Assembly (NCBI GenBank): GCA_951406725.2
Contig: OX597829.1
Location: 57,102,001-57,166,000 of the forward strand
Source: Octopus vulgaris
Taxonomy: Eukaryota
DNA length: 64,000 nucleotides
Direction of reading: 5' to 3'
Shown here: in pieces, positions 1 through 13,699 of the stretch
Numbering within the stretch: the stretch's first letter is position 1
Layout of the letters: the number at the start of each line of letters is the position of its first letter
The notes under the pieces: model-generated
Database searches by the model: none
What the model was told of the DNA's origin: nothing
Seen by the model: only the letters and a program-made list of their open reading frames with translations
Made by a program: the position numbers and the translations under genes

Positions 1-425
1 ACAATTCCAGGCAAGGTTGTTTTTATAGAAGACCAGCAGTCACCCTTGCATACCAGCGTCCCTTCCCCAAGTCATTATATTTCCATAGGGTAAGGGGCTC
101 CTTCAATCATGAATGACCATGTGATTGCACCAAGAAAGTTACCCTCTGAGGCACAAGTCCAGGCAAGGCTGTTTATGGAAGACCACCAGTTGCCCATGCA
201 TATAAGTCTCCCTACTCCATGTCACCGATGTTATCCAAGGGAAAGACAAAGGCTGATACAGCTTGGCACCAGTGATGCTGCAACTCATTCCTACAGCTGA
301 GTGAACTGGAGCAAAGTGAAATAAAGTGTCTTGCTCAAGAGCACTACACACAGCATGGTCTGGGAATCGAACTCACTGCCTCACGATTGTGAGCCCAATG
401 CTCTAACCACTGAGCCATGTGCCTT
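1..425 (-). mobile_element. tRNA-headed CORE-type SINE; 1-60 duplicates part of its 3' region
   Basis: Minus strand starts AAGGCACATGGCTCAGTGGTTAGAGC...GAGTTCGATTCCC (pol III A/B boxes), then CTTGAGCAAGACACTTTATTTCAC. The same family occurs at 58099-58266. Confidence 0.8.
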
Positions 426-465
426 GTTCATTCAGGTACTACACACTCATTATATATATATATCT

Positions 466-1058
466 CATCATCATCATTGTCATTTAACGTCCACTTTCCA
501 TGCTGGCATGGGTTGGACAGTTTGACTGAGGACTGGCGAGCCAGAAGGCTGCACCAGGCTCAATCTAATTTGGCATGGTGCCTACAGCTGGATGCCCTTC
601 CTAATGCCAACCACTCCAAGAGTATAGTGGGTGCTTTTATGTGCCACCGGCATGAGGGCCAGTCAGGCAGTTCTGGCAACAGCCACGCTCAAAAGGTGTT
701 TTTACGTGCTACCTGCACAGGAGCCAGTCTGGCGGCACAGGCAACGATCATGCTCCAATGTTGCTTTTTACGTGCCACTGGCACGGGAGCCAATCTGTGG
801 CTCTGGCAATGATCACGCTTAGATGTGCTTTTAACGTTTCACTGGCATGAGTGCCTACCAGGTGGCACTGTCATTGGCCACATCAGCGATTTTGATTTGT
901 TTACACTTGCTTCGAAAGGTCCTCACAAGCAAAGTTCATTTCCAATGAATGAGGGGTACTCATGAGTGGGCCGGTTACACCCCATGTTCGGATGTGCTTT
1001 TAACATTCCACTGGCATGAGTGCCAATCAGGCGGTACTGTCATCGGCCACATCAGCGA
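466..1058 (-). mobile_element. RTE-clade LINE 3' UTR/tail fragment with internal tandem units
   Basis: Reverse complement of the GGAAGGGCATCCAGCTGTAG...CCAACCCATGCCAGCATGGAAAG...GTTAAATGA(TGA)n tail that follows RT-coding sequence at 1086-1551 and 13700-14738. Confidence 0.75.
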
Positions 1059-1085
1059 TATATATATATATATATATATATATAC

Positions 1086-1551
1086 TCCAAACTGTTGAAG
1101 GTATCTGGGGTAGAGGTAGACCCAGAAAGGCATGGGATGACGTGGTCAAGCATGACCTTCAAACATTGGGCCTCACAAAGGCTATGATGAAAGACCGAGA
1201 CCTCTGGAGATATGCTGTGACTTTGAAGACCCGACAAATGAAGTGAGTTCATGGCTCGCAGGATGGTCTGCTGTGCCAACCTTGGATTGTAGGGTGATCT
1301 GCTGTGCTTCCTATTGAGTCAAGTACATCAACATCAAAATAAATATAAAATGGAAATTGTAGTTGTGATACTCGTGCACCAACCAAACGTGGCTGATGCC
1401 AGCGCCACCTTGGCTGGTGTCTGTGCCAGTGACACATAAAAAGCACCCACTACACTCATGGAGTGGTTGGGATTCCAGCTGTAGAAACACTGCCAGATCA
1501 GACTGGAGCCTGACGCACTCTCCTGGCTTCCCAAACCCCAGTCGATGATGA
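1086..1551 (+). mobile_element. 5'-truncated RTE LINE end (RT C-terminus plus 3' UTR)
   Basis: Translates VEGIWGRGRPRKAWDDVVKHDLQTLGLTKAMMKDRDLWRYAV (RTE-type C-terminus), followed by the tail and GATGATGAT. Confidence 0.8.
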
Positions 1552-1565
1552 TATATATACAATGA

Positions 1566-1623
<58 letters not shown>

Positions 1624-1715
1624 TTGTGTGTGTATATATATATATATATTTTTTTCTAGTTTCAGCTCAGAGCTGCAGCCATGCTGATGCACTTCCGTTT
1701 ATATATATATATATC

Positions 1716-2029
1716 GTGCTGTGGGCACGTAACAAACACCATCCGATCGTGGCCGTTCACCAGCCTCATCTGGCACCTGTGTCGGTGGCACATAAAAACA
1801 CCATCCGAGCGTGGCTGTCTGCCAGCCTCGTCTGGCACCTGTGTCGGTGGCACATAAAATCACCCACTACACTCTCGGAGTGGTTGGCGTTAGGAAGGGC
1901 ATCCAGCTGTAGAAACACTGCCAGATCTGACTGGCCTGGTGCAGCCTTCGGGCTCCCCAGACCCCAGTTGAACCGTCCAACCCATGCTAGCATGGAAAGC
2001 GGACGTTAAATGATGATGATGATGATGAT
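1716..2029 (+). mobile_element. RTE LINE 3' tail fragment (young copy)
   Basis: Tandem TCTGGCACCTGTGTCGGTGGCACATAAAA units, then GGAAGGGCATCCAGCTGTAGAAAC...GGACGTTAAATGATGATGATG. Confidence 0.8.
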
Positions 2030-2064
2030 ATATAGTGTATAGTACATGGGTGGATAAGCATATG

Positions 2065-2312
2065 TGTTTGTGTCGTCTTGTCTTGAAATCAGACTAATCG
2101 TAAACAAATATCACAGTCATACAAACACTGTGATTCATTTCCAATCTTCTGTGAAAACATGTCTGGCCATTGTGCTGTTTATGCTTGAAATACCAAGAGA
2201 AACGGTACCTTGCTAAAAAAAACAGGTGAGAGTTGGTGACAGGTAGGGCATCGGGATGGTAGAAAATCTTCCTCAAAGAATTACACCTGATCCAAGGAAA
2301 GATGGGATATTA
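2065..2312 (+). mobile_element. 3' half of an RTE-tailed SINE; further copies at 3295-3535, 7870-8120, 8890-9068
   Basis: Recurrent AAAACATGTCTGGCCAT...AACAGGTGAG...GGGCATC...TAGAAAATCT block found four times in the window. Confidence 0.65.
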
Positions 2313-2719
2313 AACTACCCAGCACCCCACCTCAAAAAACAAAACAAAACAAATAATTAATAAATAACTCTAATGGAAGAATAATTGCCAGATAAAAAGA
2401 AGGAATAGAAGTTGAGTTTCTGTCCACAAAAATGGTTTGGTTTTGAGATAAAAATTAATGACAATGAGGGAACATCTATGTGGTCATTTGAATTGTTAGA
2501 AATAGTAGCCAAATCTCCCCTAAATTACACCTTACTGTCTTTAAAAAAAGTATGATACATTAAACCATTGTTTTCAACTGGTGAGGCACAGTGCAATGAT
2601 GTACTCCAACGAAGAAGTACATTACTAATACTTGTATGTGTAATTTATGATTTCAGAAAATCTATACTAATCTTTGAGCTTCTTGAAAAAAAAAAAATGT
2701 TCATAATTTTGTTTTATTC

Positions 2720-2870
2720 TTGGCTGAGTGGTTAAGCAGTTTAATTCACAACCATGTGATTTCAGGTTCAGCCCTACTGCATGGCACCTTGGGCAGGTAC
2801 CTATTGCAGTAGCTAAGGGTAACCAAAACCTTGAGAGATGGAAACAAAGAAATCCGTTGTCTGTGTGTGT
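2720..2870 (+). mobile_element. CORE-type SINE 5' part (diverged)
   Basis: TGGCTGAGTGGTTAAG...GGTTCAGCCCTACTGCATGGCACCTTGGGCAGG matches the heads of the full copies at 19704 and 56646. Confidence 0.65.
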
Positions 2871-2871
2871 A

Positions 2872-3210
2872 ATCATCATCAACATTTAACGTCTGTTTTT
2901 CATACTAGCATGGGTTGCACGGTTTCACAGGATCTGGCAAAGCCAGGGGTCACACCAGGTGCCATAGTCAGTTTTGGCATGGTTGCTACAGCTGGATACC
3001 CTTCCTAATACCATCCACTTTACAGAGTGGACTGGGTGCTTTTTACATGGTACCAGCACCCATAATAATGCTTTTTACATGACACCTTCACTTTAGGATC
3101 CCAACTCTATTGTGGTGGGCGGGTCATCTTGAGTACAGCAAAGCACAACATACCTCAGTCTTCTGTCATCTCTTTTGTAAGACTCAACGTTTTTGAGATT
3201 GGCCTTCAAT
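2872..3210 (-). mobile_element. RTE LINE 3' tail fragment
   Basis: CATCATC...TTTAACGTCTGTTTTTCATACTAGCATGGGTTG...CAGCTGGATACCCTTCCTAA is the reverse complement of the tail family. Confidence 0.7.
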
Positions 3211-5514
3211 AGGTTTGTATATTGTGTAATGTATGTATGAAATGTAATGTGTGTGTGTGTGTGTGCAGTGTAATGTATGTGTGCATGGAAGTGTGGGTAT
3301 GTGTCTTTTTGGTCTGACATCACATGAGAGTTGTAAACAAACAACACCATCATACAAGCGGGGATTTTCATTTCCAAACTACTATGAAAACATGTCTGGT
3401 CAAGTGGAAATATTACTTTGCTTGGAAACAGAAGAGTGCTGGTGACAGGAAGTGCATTCGGCCATAGAAAATGTGTTCCAACACATCTTGTGTTACCCAT
3501 GCAAACATAGAAAAGTGGATGTTAGGGAGATGATTAGGATTTCTGTAGAAATACATTGTTTTCATTTTAATTGATTTTGAAAATAATGAACAATTTTGAT
3601 CAAATAATTTGTCATTAAATAAACTGAAGGTTGAAGCATAAATTAACAGGAAAATTTGACGGAAGGTTTTAATTTCGATCACTTTAAATCAAGAATTTTG
3701 TATCACAGAACCAGTGGGGGTGGTCTCAGGTGGATTGCTATTAAAGTGATTTATAAAAGAAGCAGTTTTGCTTAAAATTAAGTTTTTACTTTGGAAGTTT
3801 GTTTTAAATTTTCCATAGATTTTGAATTTTCAGCTTTCCACATGAAGAGCACAAGTTTTGTCACAAACGAGAACTAATAACATTGGATGTCACAGAAGAA
3901 AAAGAAAGAGCAAGAAAGAAAGAGAGAAAAAGTGGGGGTCGGGGAGAAATTGACGAGACTGTCACAACTAGAACAATTTTAATTTTAGGATTGTTTGATC
4001 AGGACTGACTTTGAACTAAACAACAACAATATTACTGGAATTATGAAAAAAAAAGATTTGGTTCCAGTAGAGCAATATTTTTGATGAAGAACCATATTCT
4101 AAAAGAATGGAATGCAAAATACGCTGCCAAACTTTGCTTAGAACACATCAAAGTCAGTCCAAGTTGAAGCCTGGATTCAACTAGAATCGCTGCATTGGAA
4201 GTCTGTTGGAGTAACAACAATAACAGCAGCAACAACAACATACGACCTTCAGCAACAAGCTGATTGCAACTGAAGTGAAAAAACAAAACAAAACAAACCC
4301 AACAAAACTACTGATTGATAACGAAAAGTCATGGGACAATGGACAGAACACAGATCAATGTATTGGTAAAGATGGTCATGTGATAGCAATAGGTAAGGCA
4401 TGCTGGGTAATATGTAACTGAAATGGTATTGGATATATGAATGTATTATTGGTGTGGATTCTATGAGAGCAGAGAAGGTTTTGCATTATAGATGAGAGGA
4501 TGCAGATGTGTCTAACCCATATAAAGATATAAAAATGGACGTTGAAACATCGACAGTGGTGAATGGTGGTGGTGGTGGTAGGATTACTGGGGGTTAGTTA
4601 TAGCAGAGCTGGGGTAGTAGTGTAAATATGGTAATGATTTAAGTGGTGATGTTTGTGGTGGTGGTGGTAGCAGTGATAGTGGTATTGATGATGATGATGA
4701 TGGTCATAGTGAAGTGGTAGTGGTGGTGTTGGGGATGCAGATGATAATGATGATTAAACTCTCTTAGATTAGATGTAATTAGCTCATCTCATTCCTGACC
4801 CTAGCCCTATAAATGATAACCAATTACTTCAGCAGACCATATTTGTTCAACAGCTTGTCTGCTTTCTTTCTCATCAGACAAGAAAACCAAACCTGAGCCA
4901 AACAAATCTCTACACGGTCACTCCACATGTTAGAAATAGCAGCCAAACCGCACACAAAATCATACCTTACTGTCTTAATAAAAAGGAAGGATACATATGT
5001 TATTTTGCAAATGGTGAATAGTATTTGTTTCATAAAATAAGTGCTTATTGTATTTTATTAAAAGATGCTTTATTTCACAAACTATTGGAATTCTTTCAAA
5101 GACTAGGATTTCTGGAGAACTCTCTCTCTTTCTCTCTCACTCACACACAAAATGGATTATCACTGCTGAAGTATCTTTCATTATAAACCTGCTTGATCAA
5201 GGTTGACCAAGGGCTAAGCAACAATAATATCGTTACTATAGACACCATCAAAAAAGGACATATTTGGTTATATTCCTAGATACACTATCTCTGTAAAAAA
5301 TGAAATAGATGTAGAGAGTCATGGCTGGAACATGCTATGAATCAAAACAATATTGAACAAGAGGTGACCAAAGCTGTAATAACTGTCATCGTTTATAAAA
5401 CAAATTCAACAATCTTATTTTCCCTTAGTTTAGCCCTGGGTCAATTCTGACCAGCATATCTATGATCATAGGATTTCCATCTTCTCTTTTTGTATAGCTA
5501 AGACTACATTGGCA

Positions 5515-5770
5515 AAGGGTTGTAGCCAAGTGGATAAGATGTTCCAGCCACATTTGTAAGACTGTACTTTTGATCCCCAGACTGGGGGGGGGGGGTTGTG
5601 TCCTTAAGCAAAATACTTCATTTCACACGACTACAGTTCACTAGCTGTAAATGGGATCCAGCAATATCTGGGAAGTTAACTTTGTGATGGACTGGCAAGC
5701 CATCCAGGGGTAATTTTGTAATTTGTTACTTATGTGCCATAGAAACTTTTGAGTCCTAGGGTCCATAACA
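5515..5770 (+). mobile_element. Diverged tRNA/CORE-type SINE
   Basis: TTGTGTCCTTAAGCAAAATACTTCATTTCAC...GTGATGGACTGGCAAGCCATCCAGGGG resembles the 30016-30246 element. Confidence 0.55.
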
Positions 5771-5789
5771 GACCTAAGTCCAAGACTCC

Positions 5790-6170
5790 ATTGTCTGTGT
5801 GTCCTTCTGTTTAGACGATGGCAGGTTGTGTGATATGGAACATCAACAAACAAGTGTAAAAGTTTACCAAAGCTCCAGAGATGTCGTTCCTTAGAAGAAT
5901 ACCGAAGCTGTCTCAAGGTTCTAAGATGAGCTAAGACTACCAGAAAGTGGTCTTAGTTCAACAGCGTAAAGAGGAGACCACAGACTCAGTTATTTGGACA
6001 ATACATGAGAAGAATGGGCCTTGGAAATTTGCAGACAACTGAGAAACTGAAAAGCAAGGAAGCCAGAATAAGGGAAGATGTTTAATGGCCTGATCATCTG
6101 GTTTAAGAAATACTGGCTCAGTAAGTAGCAAACTGAGTGTGGGACAGGAGGATATGGAGGTAAATGATTG
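5790..6170 (+). pseudogene. Decayed RTE-type RT C-terminal fragment
   Basis: Frame-broken APEMSFLRRI ... MRRMGLGNLQTTEKL motifs resemble an RTE C-terminus. Confidence 0.45.
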
Positions 6171-7609
6171 CTGAGAGAGAGTGTGTGTGTGTGTATGAGA
6201 TATGAAGTTGTCTGGCTGCTATTTCTAGCAGGTTCACAAACGGTATAGAGGTTCCCTTCTAAGTTTGTTCTTCAGTCTCTGAAAAGTGACTCCTGAACAA
6301 TTCTTTCTCTTTAGGTTCACATTACACATCCAACAGACAACACACAATTCACTTTCTTCTCCCTCTCTTCCATACAAACGTAAGGCCGATGCCGACACCA
6401 CCACCAATTATGATGAACCAATAAGGGAAAAACTACATGGTCACTTGACCAGCTAGAAATAGTAGCTATTACATTGTCTCTTCAGCTATTAGAAATAACT
6501 GCCTAATTTCCCTCAAATCAAACTTCCACTAAATCCTTTTAGAAAGGACACATTGGCTAATATAGTCTTGTATTCCCTGCAGATAAGAAAAAGGCAGGTA
6601 GGTCACAAATGGAATGTCTTTGATCATATATTTACACGAGTAGTGCAAACGTGGGGCTAAACAACAACAACAAAAACCAAGACAACAACGACAACAACCA
6701 ACACTGCTACAAAACAAAAAGAAAAAGCTGTTTTGCCTAATATGCACACACACACACACACACTGCAACACTGCACCTCTTCACTTTGTTGTCAATGGAG
6801 GAGGCATCAACCATGAACTTTTGACATTATGCTGTTTAAGGAAGGGCAAGAGGGTGGGAACGAAGCAGAGGGTGGGGCATTGCCCCCTCTTACATCCCCT
6901 CAGCACCCAACATTAATTAGGTCAACCAGGTAATGGAATTCACAGATTGTGTGCTAAAAGATCACAGACGCAGGTAGAGAACAACACATATGCATATAAT
7001 ACACACACACACACACACATAAGCACAAAAGATACATGTGCAATAAACCATACATGTGCATGCATACACAAATACAGTATATGTATCTATGTCTATCTAC
7101 ACAAACACACATGTATATACACACATACCCATTGTTACATGTATGAATATATATATAGATACAAACACACACACACATAATACACACACACACAGATATA
7201 GATATACAAATGTGCAAACCTAACCTTCAGAAGAAAGATTAAACATCATTGCTTTATCAGTGACTTTTCAAATCCTTTACCATCATTATTATTATTATTA
7301 TTATTATTATTACTGCTGTTTGTTATAAATTTTGTCACAATGACTGTAGCTGTCTTGTTTCCCCTTTTTAGCTGCATTGATAAAGGAGCAGTGGCTAAAT
7401 AATAAATGATTAAATATAACACATAAGACATACAACTAAAAATATGGCTGCTCAGCAGAATGCAACAATATGGCCAGAATGTGCAGCATACAAGTGCAGA
7501 GCAGGGGCATGCTCAGAATGTGGCACCAGGCACGAGATGGACGGTTCTGCAGTTTCTTGCTGAACGACCTGCACAAACGATTTGTTTATAGAGATCAAAT
7601 GCTAAGCTC

Positions 7610-7801
7610 ACTCCTTCCATTAAATCAATGTTGTTTGAACAGGTGCACAGGTGTGCCATGCGTCAGGTGTTACAAGTGATTGCAGAACAATGTGAGATGA
7701 AGGGTTTTGCTCAAGAACACAATGCACCACCCAATCTAGGAATTGAAACCATGATCTAGCGATTGTGAGTGCAACACTTTAACCATTAGGCCATACTCCC
7801 T
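7610..7801 (-). mobile_element. tRNA-headed CORE-type SINE
   Basis: Minus strand AGGGAGTATGGCCTAATGGTTAAAGTG...GGTTTCAATTCCT...GTGTTCTTGAGCAAAAC. Confidence 0.65.
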
Positions 7802-7813
7802 CACATACACAAA

Positions 7814-7860
<47 letters not shown>

Positions 7861-8735
7861 ATGTGCAGGTATGTGTTACTGTCACCTTGCCTTAACTTTG
7901 TGTAATACTTGTAAAGAATTGTCACTGTTATAGAAGCAGCATCATTCGTTTCTAATATTCTACGGAAACATGTCTGGCCATGAGGAAATATTACCTTAAT
8001 TGCAAACAGGTGAGGTTTAACAACAGGAAAGGTATCCAGCCATAGAAAATCTTCAAATAAAATTCTGTCCAACCCATGCAGGGAAGGAAAAGTGAATGTT
8101 AAACTGATGACGACAACGATATTTACTACTTTTTAAAAAAGTATATGCAGGGCAGGGCAACAACATCCGCTGGCTGTAGCTATAATGTATGTAAGAGTTA
8201 CATCAAAAGTCCACAGGGATCTGGGATAGGTGCAGTTAGAGAGATCTGTAAGTCACTCCAAGTTGTTGGGTCAACCATCTACGTGCTGACCAGGGCCTGT
8301 CCAGTGGTGTTGCTGACTCAGAAACAACAACAATCAACAACATTAACAACCAATCATTTATATACAATAGACCTGCTGGATGATCATGGCTGACCTGGGG
8401 TTATACAACAACAGGCAAAATAAAGATAAGTCACAAGTCTTTTAGACCAGGAATGGTCTGGGGGTAAAATAACAACAACTGACATTGCTTATATGTCACA
8501 GGTTGGCTGGATTGAGGATGACCTGGGGCTACACAACAACAGCTCTAGTATTACTTTGGTGTATTCAGCCCCTTGGTCAAGTGTCTTCTACAGCCTCTGA
8601 CCAACGGAAACCTTGTGAGTGGTTTTCATACATAGAAACTGAAATAAGTCCATTGTGTGTGTGTATGTGTGAGATTGTGTGTGTGTGACTGTGTGTGTGT
8701 GACTATGTATGTGTGACTGTGTGTGTGTGTGTGTG

Positions 8736-8798
<63 letters not shown>

Positions 8799-9939
8799 CT
8801 GTGTGTGTGACTGTGTGTGACTGTGTGTGTGTGTGACTGTGTGTGTGTGTGACTGTGTGTGTGTGTGTGACTGTGTATGTGTGTGTGTGAGATGGCATGA
8901 TTGTTGTAAATGAACAGCAGAGTCTTACAAGCAGTGTCATCCATTTCTAGTCTTCTGCCATGGGGAAATATTACCGTACCCGGAGACAGGTGAGGAAAAA
9001 TCTACCTTAATAAACTCCATCCAACCCATGTAAGCATGCAAAAATAGATGTTAAAATGATGATGATGGTAATTTAAGAATTTGAATATATATGGATATAA
9101 AGTTTTAAAATTGGTCCAACTGCATCTTGGTCCACCAGCAACAAATAACAGTAATAATAATAATAATAATAATAGTAGTAGTAATAATAATCCAGATTAC
9201 GTAATCCTTTCTCTCTCTTCCCTTTTCTTTCCTTAACAATTAACAAAGGAAGCATTGGGGGAAGGGAAACGGTTGTTAATTAGGTTAATGATGTTTGCTG
9301 ATGAGATTCAGTAAATTTAGTTGCAATTATTTTTGGATAGTGTTTATGAAAAGGGTGTATATGCTTGTATATGTGTGTGGAGCATATATATATATATAAA
9401 TGTGTGTATCTTGTTTTACCAGAAGCTATGAATTACATGATTCATAACAAACGTAGAGTATTCTTCAATACATTATAATTGAAAGGCTCCAATTTTCAGG
9501 ACTCAGAGTAACTGTTTGTGGATCATCAGCTGGTAAACCGAGCCTGGATTTTCTTTTGAAATATCCATTGTTTGAATATTTTTTGAAATATGAAATGAAA
9601 GTTTGAAGGAAACACTTATCGTTATGACTAGAAAATTTGCCTCAATAAACCTTGTCTGACCCATGGAAGTATAGAAAAGTTGATATTAAAATGATGACAC
9701 ACACACAGAGGTTGAAGTATAAAAGATCAACAACATAACATATTGTAGAATAACTAATGGTAAAATGTCTCTGGTACGGATAATGGAATAAGTTTGACAG
9801 TGAATAAAGAACCATGTGGAAGGATCCCATAGAAGAGGGAAACCAATGAAGATATAAAGAGAAGTGGTGAGTGCAGATCCCAGAAAGATGAAATTTGCAA
9901 AAGAGATGACAATGAAATGCAACACATGGCAGGTGGAAT

Positions 9940-10283
9940 CATCATCCTCATCATCATCGTTTAAAGTGTGCCTTCCATGCTGGCATGGGTTGGACGGTTT
10001 GACTGGAATTGACCAGGGAAGAGCCTGCATCAGATTTCTGTGTCTGTTTTGGCAGGATTTTTACTGCTGGTTACCCTTTCTAACACCAACCACTTTACAG
10101 TGTGGAGTGGATGCTCCAGCATTGGCAGGTTCACCAAGTAACTTGCAAGACAGAGATCTTTTGAGAAGGGAAGGGGCATCGGAGGAAGGGATCTTGTGTC
10201 AGAGGATGAAAGGTCAGAGTGTGATAGAGGGACAGAAATAGGTGTCTTGCTGTAGGGGAGGTACATGGTTACCTGGACGGGGA

Positions 10284-10369
<86 letters not shown>

Positions 10370-12960
10370 GACAGAGAGATCAGGATTGAGGACAGAAACG
10401 TGTGTTGCTACATGTTTACCCAAACTGGGGGAAGAGCAGGAGAGGGAGAGAGCGGGACACAGCAGGAATGCAAGAGGGAACAGGAGAGAGATGGTGGTAA
10501 AATGTCGGGCATAATGACAAGGGACAGGGGGCAAATAAAGAAGAGAGAGACAAATGGTGGCAAGTGCCAGGGCATACCTTTGAAGTACAAAGATAATAAT
10601 AGAAGTGGTAGGACATTGTTGAAGAAGCATGAGTGGCGAGTGGGGGAAGGGAGTGGTGAAAACCTGGGTATATAGAAGGGGACGGCTACAGGATAGCAAT
10701 GATACTGTGAAACAGGGTCATGGGGACAGGATTGAGGAGTGAGAGGTAAGCATAGTGCATGAAAGAAGATATGTGAAGAAGGGAACAGATGAAGTTTGGT
10801 TTATTAGTGTAGGGTGTGTGAAAAGTTTTCTTGTTACATGTGAGTGGAACACACAGGGCTTCTAAAACTCAGTTTCACTGATGTGGGTGGGTTTTCTCAA
10901 GGACCTCATATTGCCAGACATCTCAGTCCATTGTCATTTCCTCCATGAGACTCAACATCCTAAGGTCGGTTCTTACCACTTCATACCATGTCTTCCTGGT
11001 TCTCCCTCTTCTGTGGGTACCCTCCACTTTCCATGATCAGCACTTCTTTATACAACTGTCTTCATTCATATGCATCTCATCTCCAAACCAACATAGTCTT
11101 CTCTCTTGCATGCTGTATTTGATTCCTCCTATGCCCAGCTTTTCTCTCAATATGTTTGCACTTTGTCGAACATGCACATCCAGTGGAACATACTACCTTC
11201 ATTTCTCTCCAGTCTACACATGTCTTCCACATTCAGAGCCCATGTCTCACTACCATGGAGTATAGCCGTTTGCACACAAGCATCATATAGTCTACCTTGC
11301 CAACAGAGGTAATAGCTCTCTGAACTTCCTCCATCCTATTCTTATTCTAGAAACAATAACTTTCAGAGCATCCTCCACCATTACTAATTTGGTCACCTGA
11401 ATAGCAGAAACCATCCACACCTTCAAGAGAGCCTCCTGGGCATTTAAGAGAATCAAAGTCCCGTGTGCTCTTAGTGCTTATTGTTCCTGCACATCTGCCA
11501 CATACAAAGATGTCTTTGATTCCACTGCACCTCTTAGGTGTCCATAGCTTACACTGGCTGCAGTGAATGGAATTCCTTCCAACTCCTTTCCTACACATTG
11601 AGCAGGGCCATTTACCTGACAGAAGGGGAGTTTTATCTTCTTTCTTATTAACAACTTTGGTCTTTGCTAGGCTAACTTTAAGGCCCTTTGATTCCAATGT
11701 TTGTTTCCATACCAGGTATTTCTGCTACAGATTCTGCAATAAGAGTGAGGTTATCAGTATAAAGTAGTTCCTATGGGCATCCAGTTTTGAATTCCTCTAT
11801 CATGGCTTGGAGGACTACAATGAATAAGAGTGGGTTGAGAGACGTGGACTCCTACTTGTATGCTAAATTCATCACTGTATTCAAGGCCAACTCTCACCTT
11901 ATTAACAGCACCACTGTACATGGCTTGTACAGCTCTAACAAACCACTCCTCTACTCTTAACTTCCTTAGAGGACACCCAATAACAGAGCAGGGGACTCTG
12001 TCGAAACCTTTCTCCAGGTCAATGAAGGCTAAGTACAATGGTTTACTTTTGGCCAAATACTTTTCCTGAAGTTGTCTCACTAAGAAGATGGCATCTATGC
12101 TACTTTTCCCAGGTACAAAACCAAACTGCATCTCATCCAGTTTAATTCTATCCTTAATTAGTTGAGATATAACTCTCTCAGTAACTTTCATGACCTGGTC
12201 TAAGTTTTGATACCTCTGTAGTTGTTTGTATCTAAAACACAGAAGCAGTTAACTATAATACTACTACTACACTAGTCATTGGAAATAGTGCCTTCCTGAA
12301 TAACCATTTTAACTATACAGGTGACTAGACTTTATTCTACACCACCAAATATTTTAGTCATCTCTGCAGTGATTCCTGATTACCCAGGAGCTTTCCCTGA
12401 CCTCATATCCTTAATTGCCTTACCTATTATGCTGCTATCAACTCTGATGGCTGGTCCCTCAATTGGTTTGATATTTGAAAGACTCTCTTTTTCCCATTAA
12501 TTTTCCACATTTAGTAACCTTTCATACATCTTTCTTCTGTGAGTCACTAAATGCAAACACACCATTATCCATTTGCACACATTTCTCACCCACCACATCT
12601 CTATTCTCTTTGATACACGGTTTTGCAATCCTGAACATCTCATGCCTCTGATCCTCATGCTATAAAACACTGGCAAACCCCTTATCTATGACTATTCCTT
12701 TTGCTATGTAAACCTGTCACCCCCCCTTCTGGTTACATGATATAATTATCTGTTTTCACCATTTTCCCAGTCTCTGTTTTTATAGAACTGTCCACCTCCT
12801 TGTTCCATCATGCCATCTGCAGTCTAGCTTGGACTTTCCGCCAACCACAGATTTGGTCTGCAGCCATCAGTAGATTGTCCTGCAGGAATTTCCAATTGCC
12901 CTCTAATTGTCCCTACGTTCTCCTCTCTATCGTCAGAGGCTGCCATTAGAATGTCTCTGA
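9940..12960 (-). mobile_element. Decayed RTE-clade LINE: RT, Cys-rich finger and 3' UTR interrupted by (GA)n
   Basis: ORF fragments MQFGFVPGKSSIDAIFLVRQLQEKYLAKSKPLYLAFIDLEKGFDRVP (RT) and ESKGLKVSLAKTKV...WPCSMCRKGVGRNSIHCSQCKLW...FVCGRC, with many frameshifts. Tail at 9940-10100. Confidence 0.9.
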
Positions 12961-13699
12961 ATTTCTGTCTGAATATGATTTAAGGGATTAGAAAATGCAA
13001 AATTATGGTTTCTGATTTAGGTACAAATCCAGAAATTCTGAGTGGATGGGATAAAGTACCAATCATGACCCTAGTTCATGACTGGTACTTTATTTTGTTG
13101 ACCCCACAAAATTGGAAACTTGAACTTGGAGCATAAATTATGAGAAGGAATACAACAAGACCCTTCTTCCAACATTGTAGTGATCCTGTCAGCTCAATAA
13201 TGTTTGAGGGTCTTAGAAAAACACTTTTCTTACCCTCAATTATCATTTTCAAACATAACCATTAAGTGTGGAGATACTTGTTGTAGTTAAAAAGCTCACT
13301 TTGCAACTATATGGGTTTTAAGTTCAATCCCAACAAACTAAAAGTAGACTTAAAAGTAAGTCCTGGGCCAATTTGTTCAACTAAATCTGTCAAGGAAGTG
13401 CCCCAGCTTGGCCACTGTCAATGACTGAAACAAATAAAAGATTGCAGCTCTCACATCAGATAATTCAGGATAATCAAATTTTCCATTTGACAAAATATCG
13501 GCAGAGCATTGGACAAGATAGCCAATGGCTTTTGATTATGACACTTTAAATTCTACACAAATCCACACTATCTTTCAAGTACAGGGGTTGATATGGTCGA
13601 TTAAACCTCCGAAAGTGGTGCACAAGCATGACCAAACTCCAGTAAAGGAGGCCAGAAAATGGAAAATAAATGATTAAAGAATAATCTAAAGTTTTGCAT

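Noticed and set aside
4041-4286. Signal-peptide-like ORF (poly-Leu)
   Set aside because: The hydrophobic run derives from a (CAA/CAG)n repeat; the splice evidence is weak.
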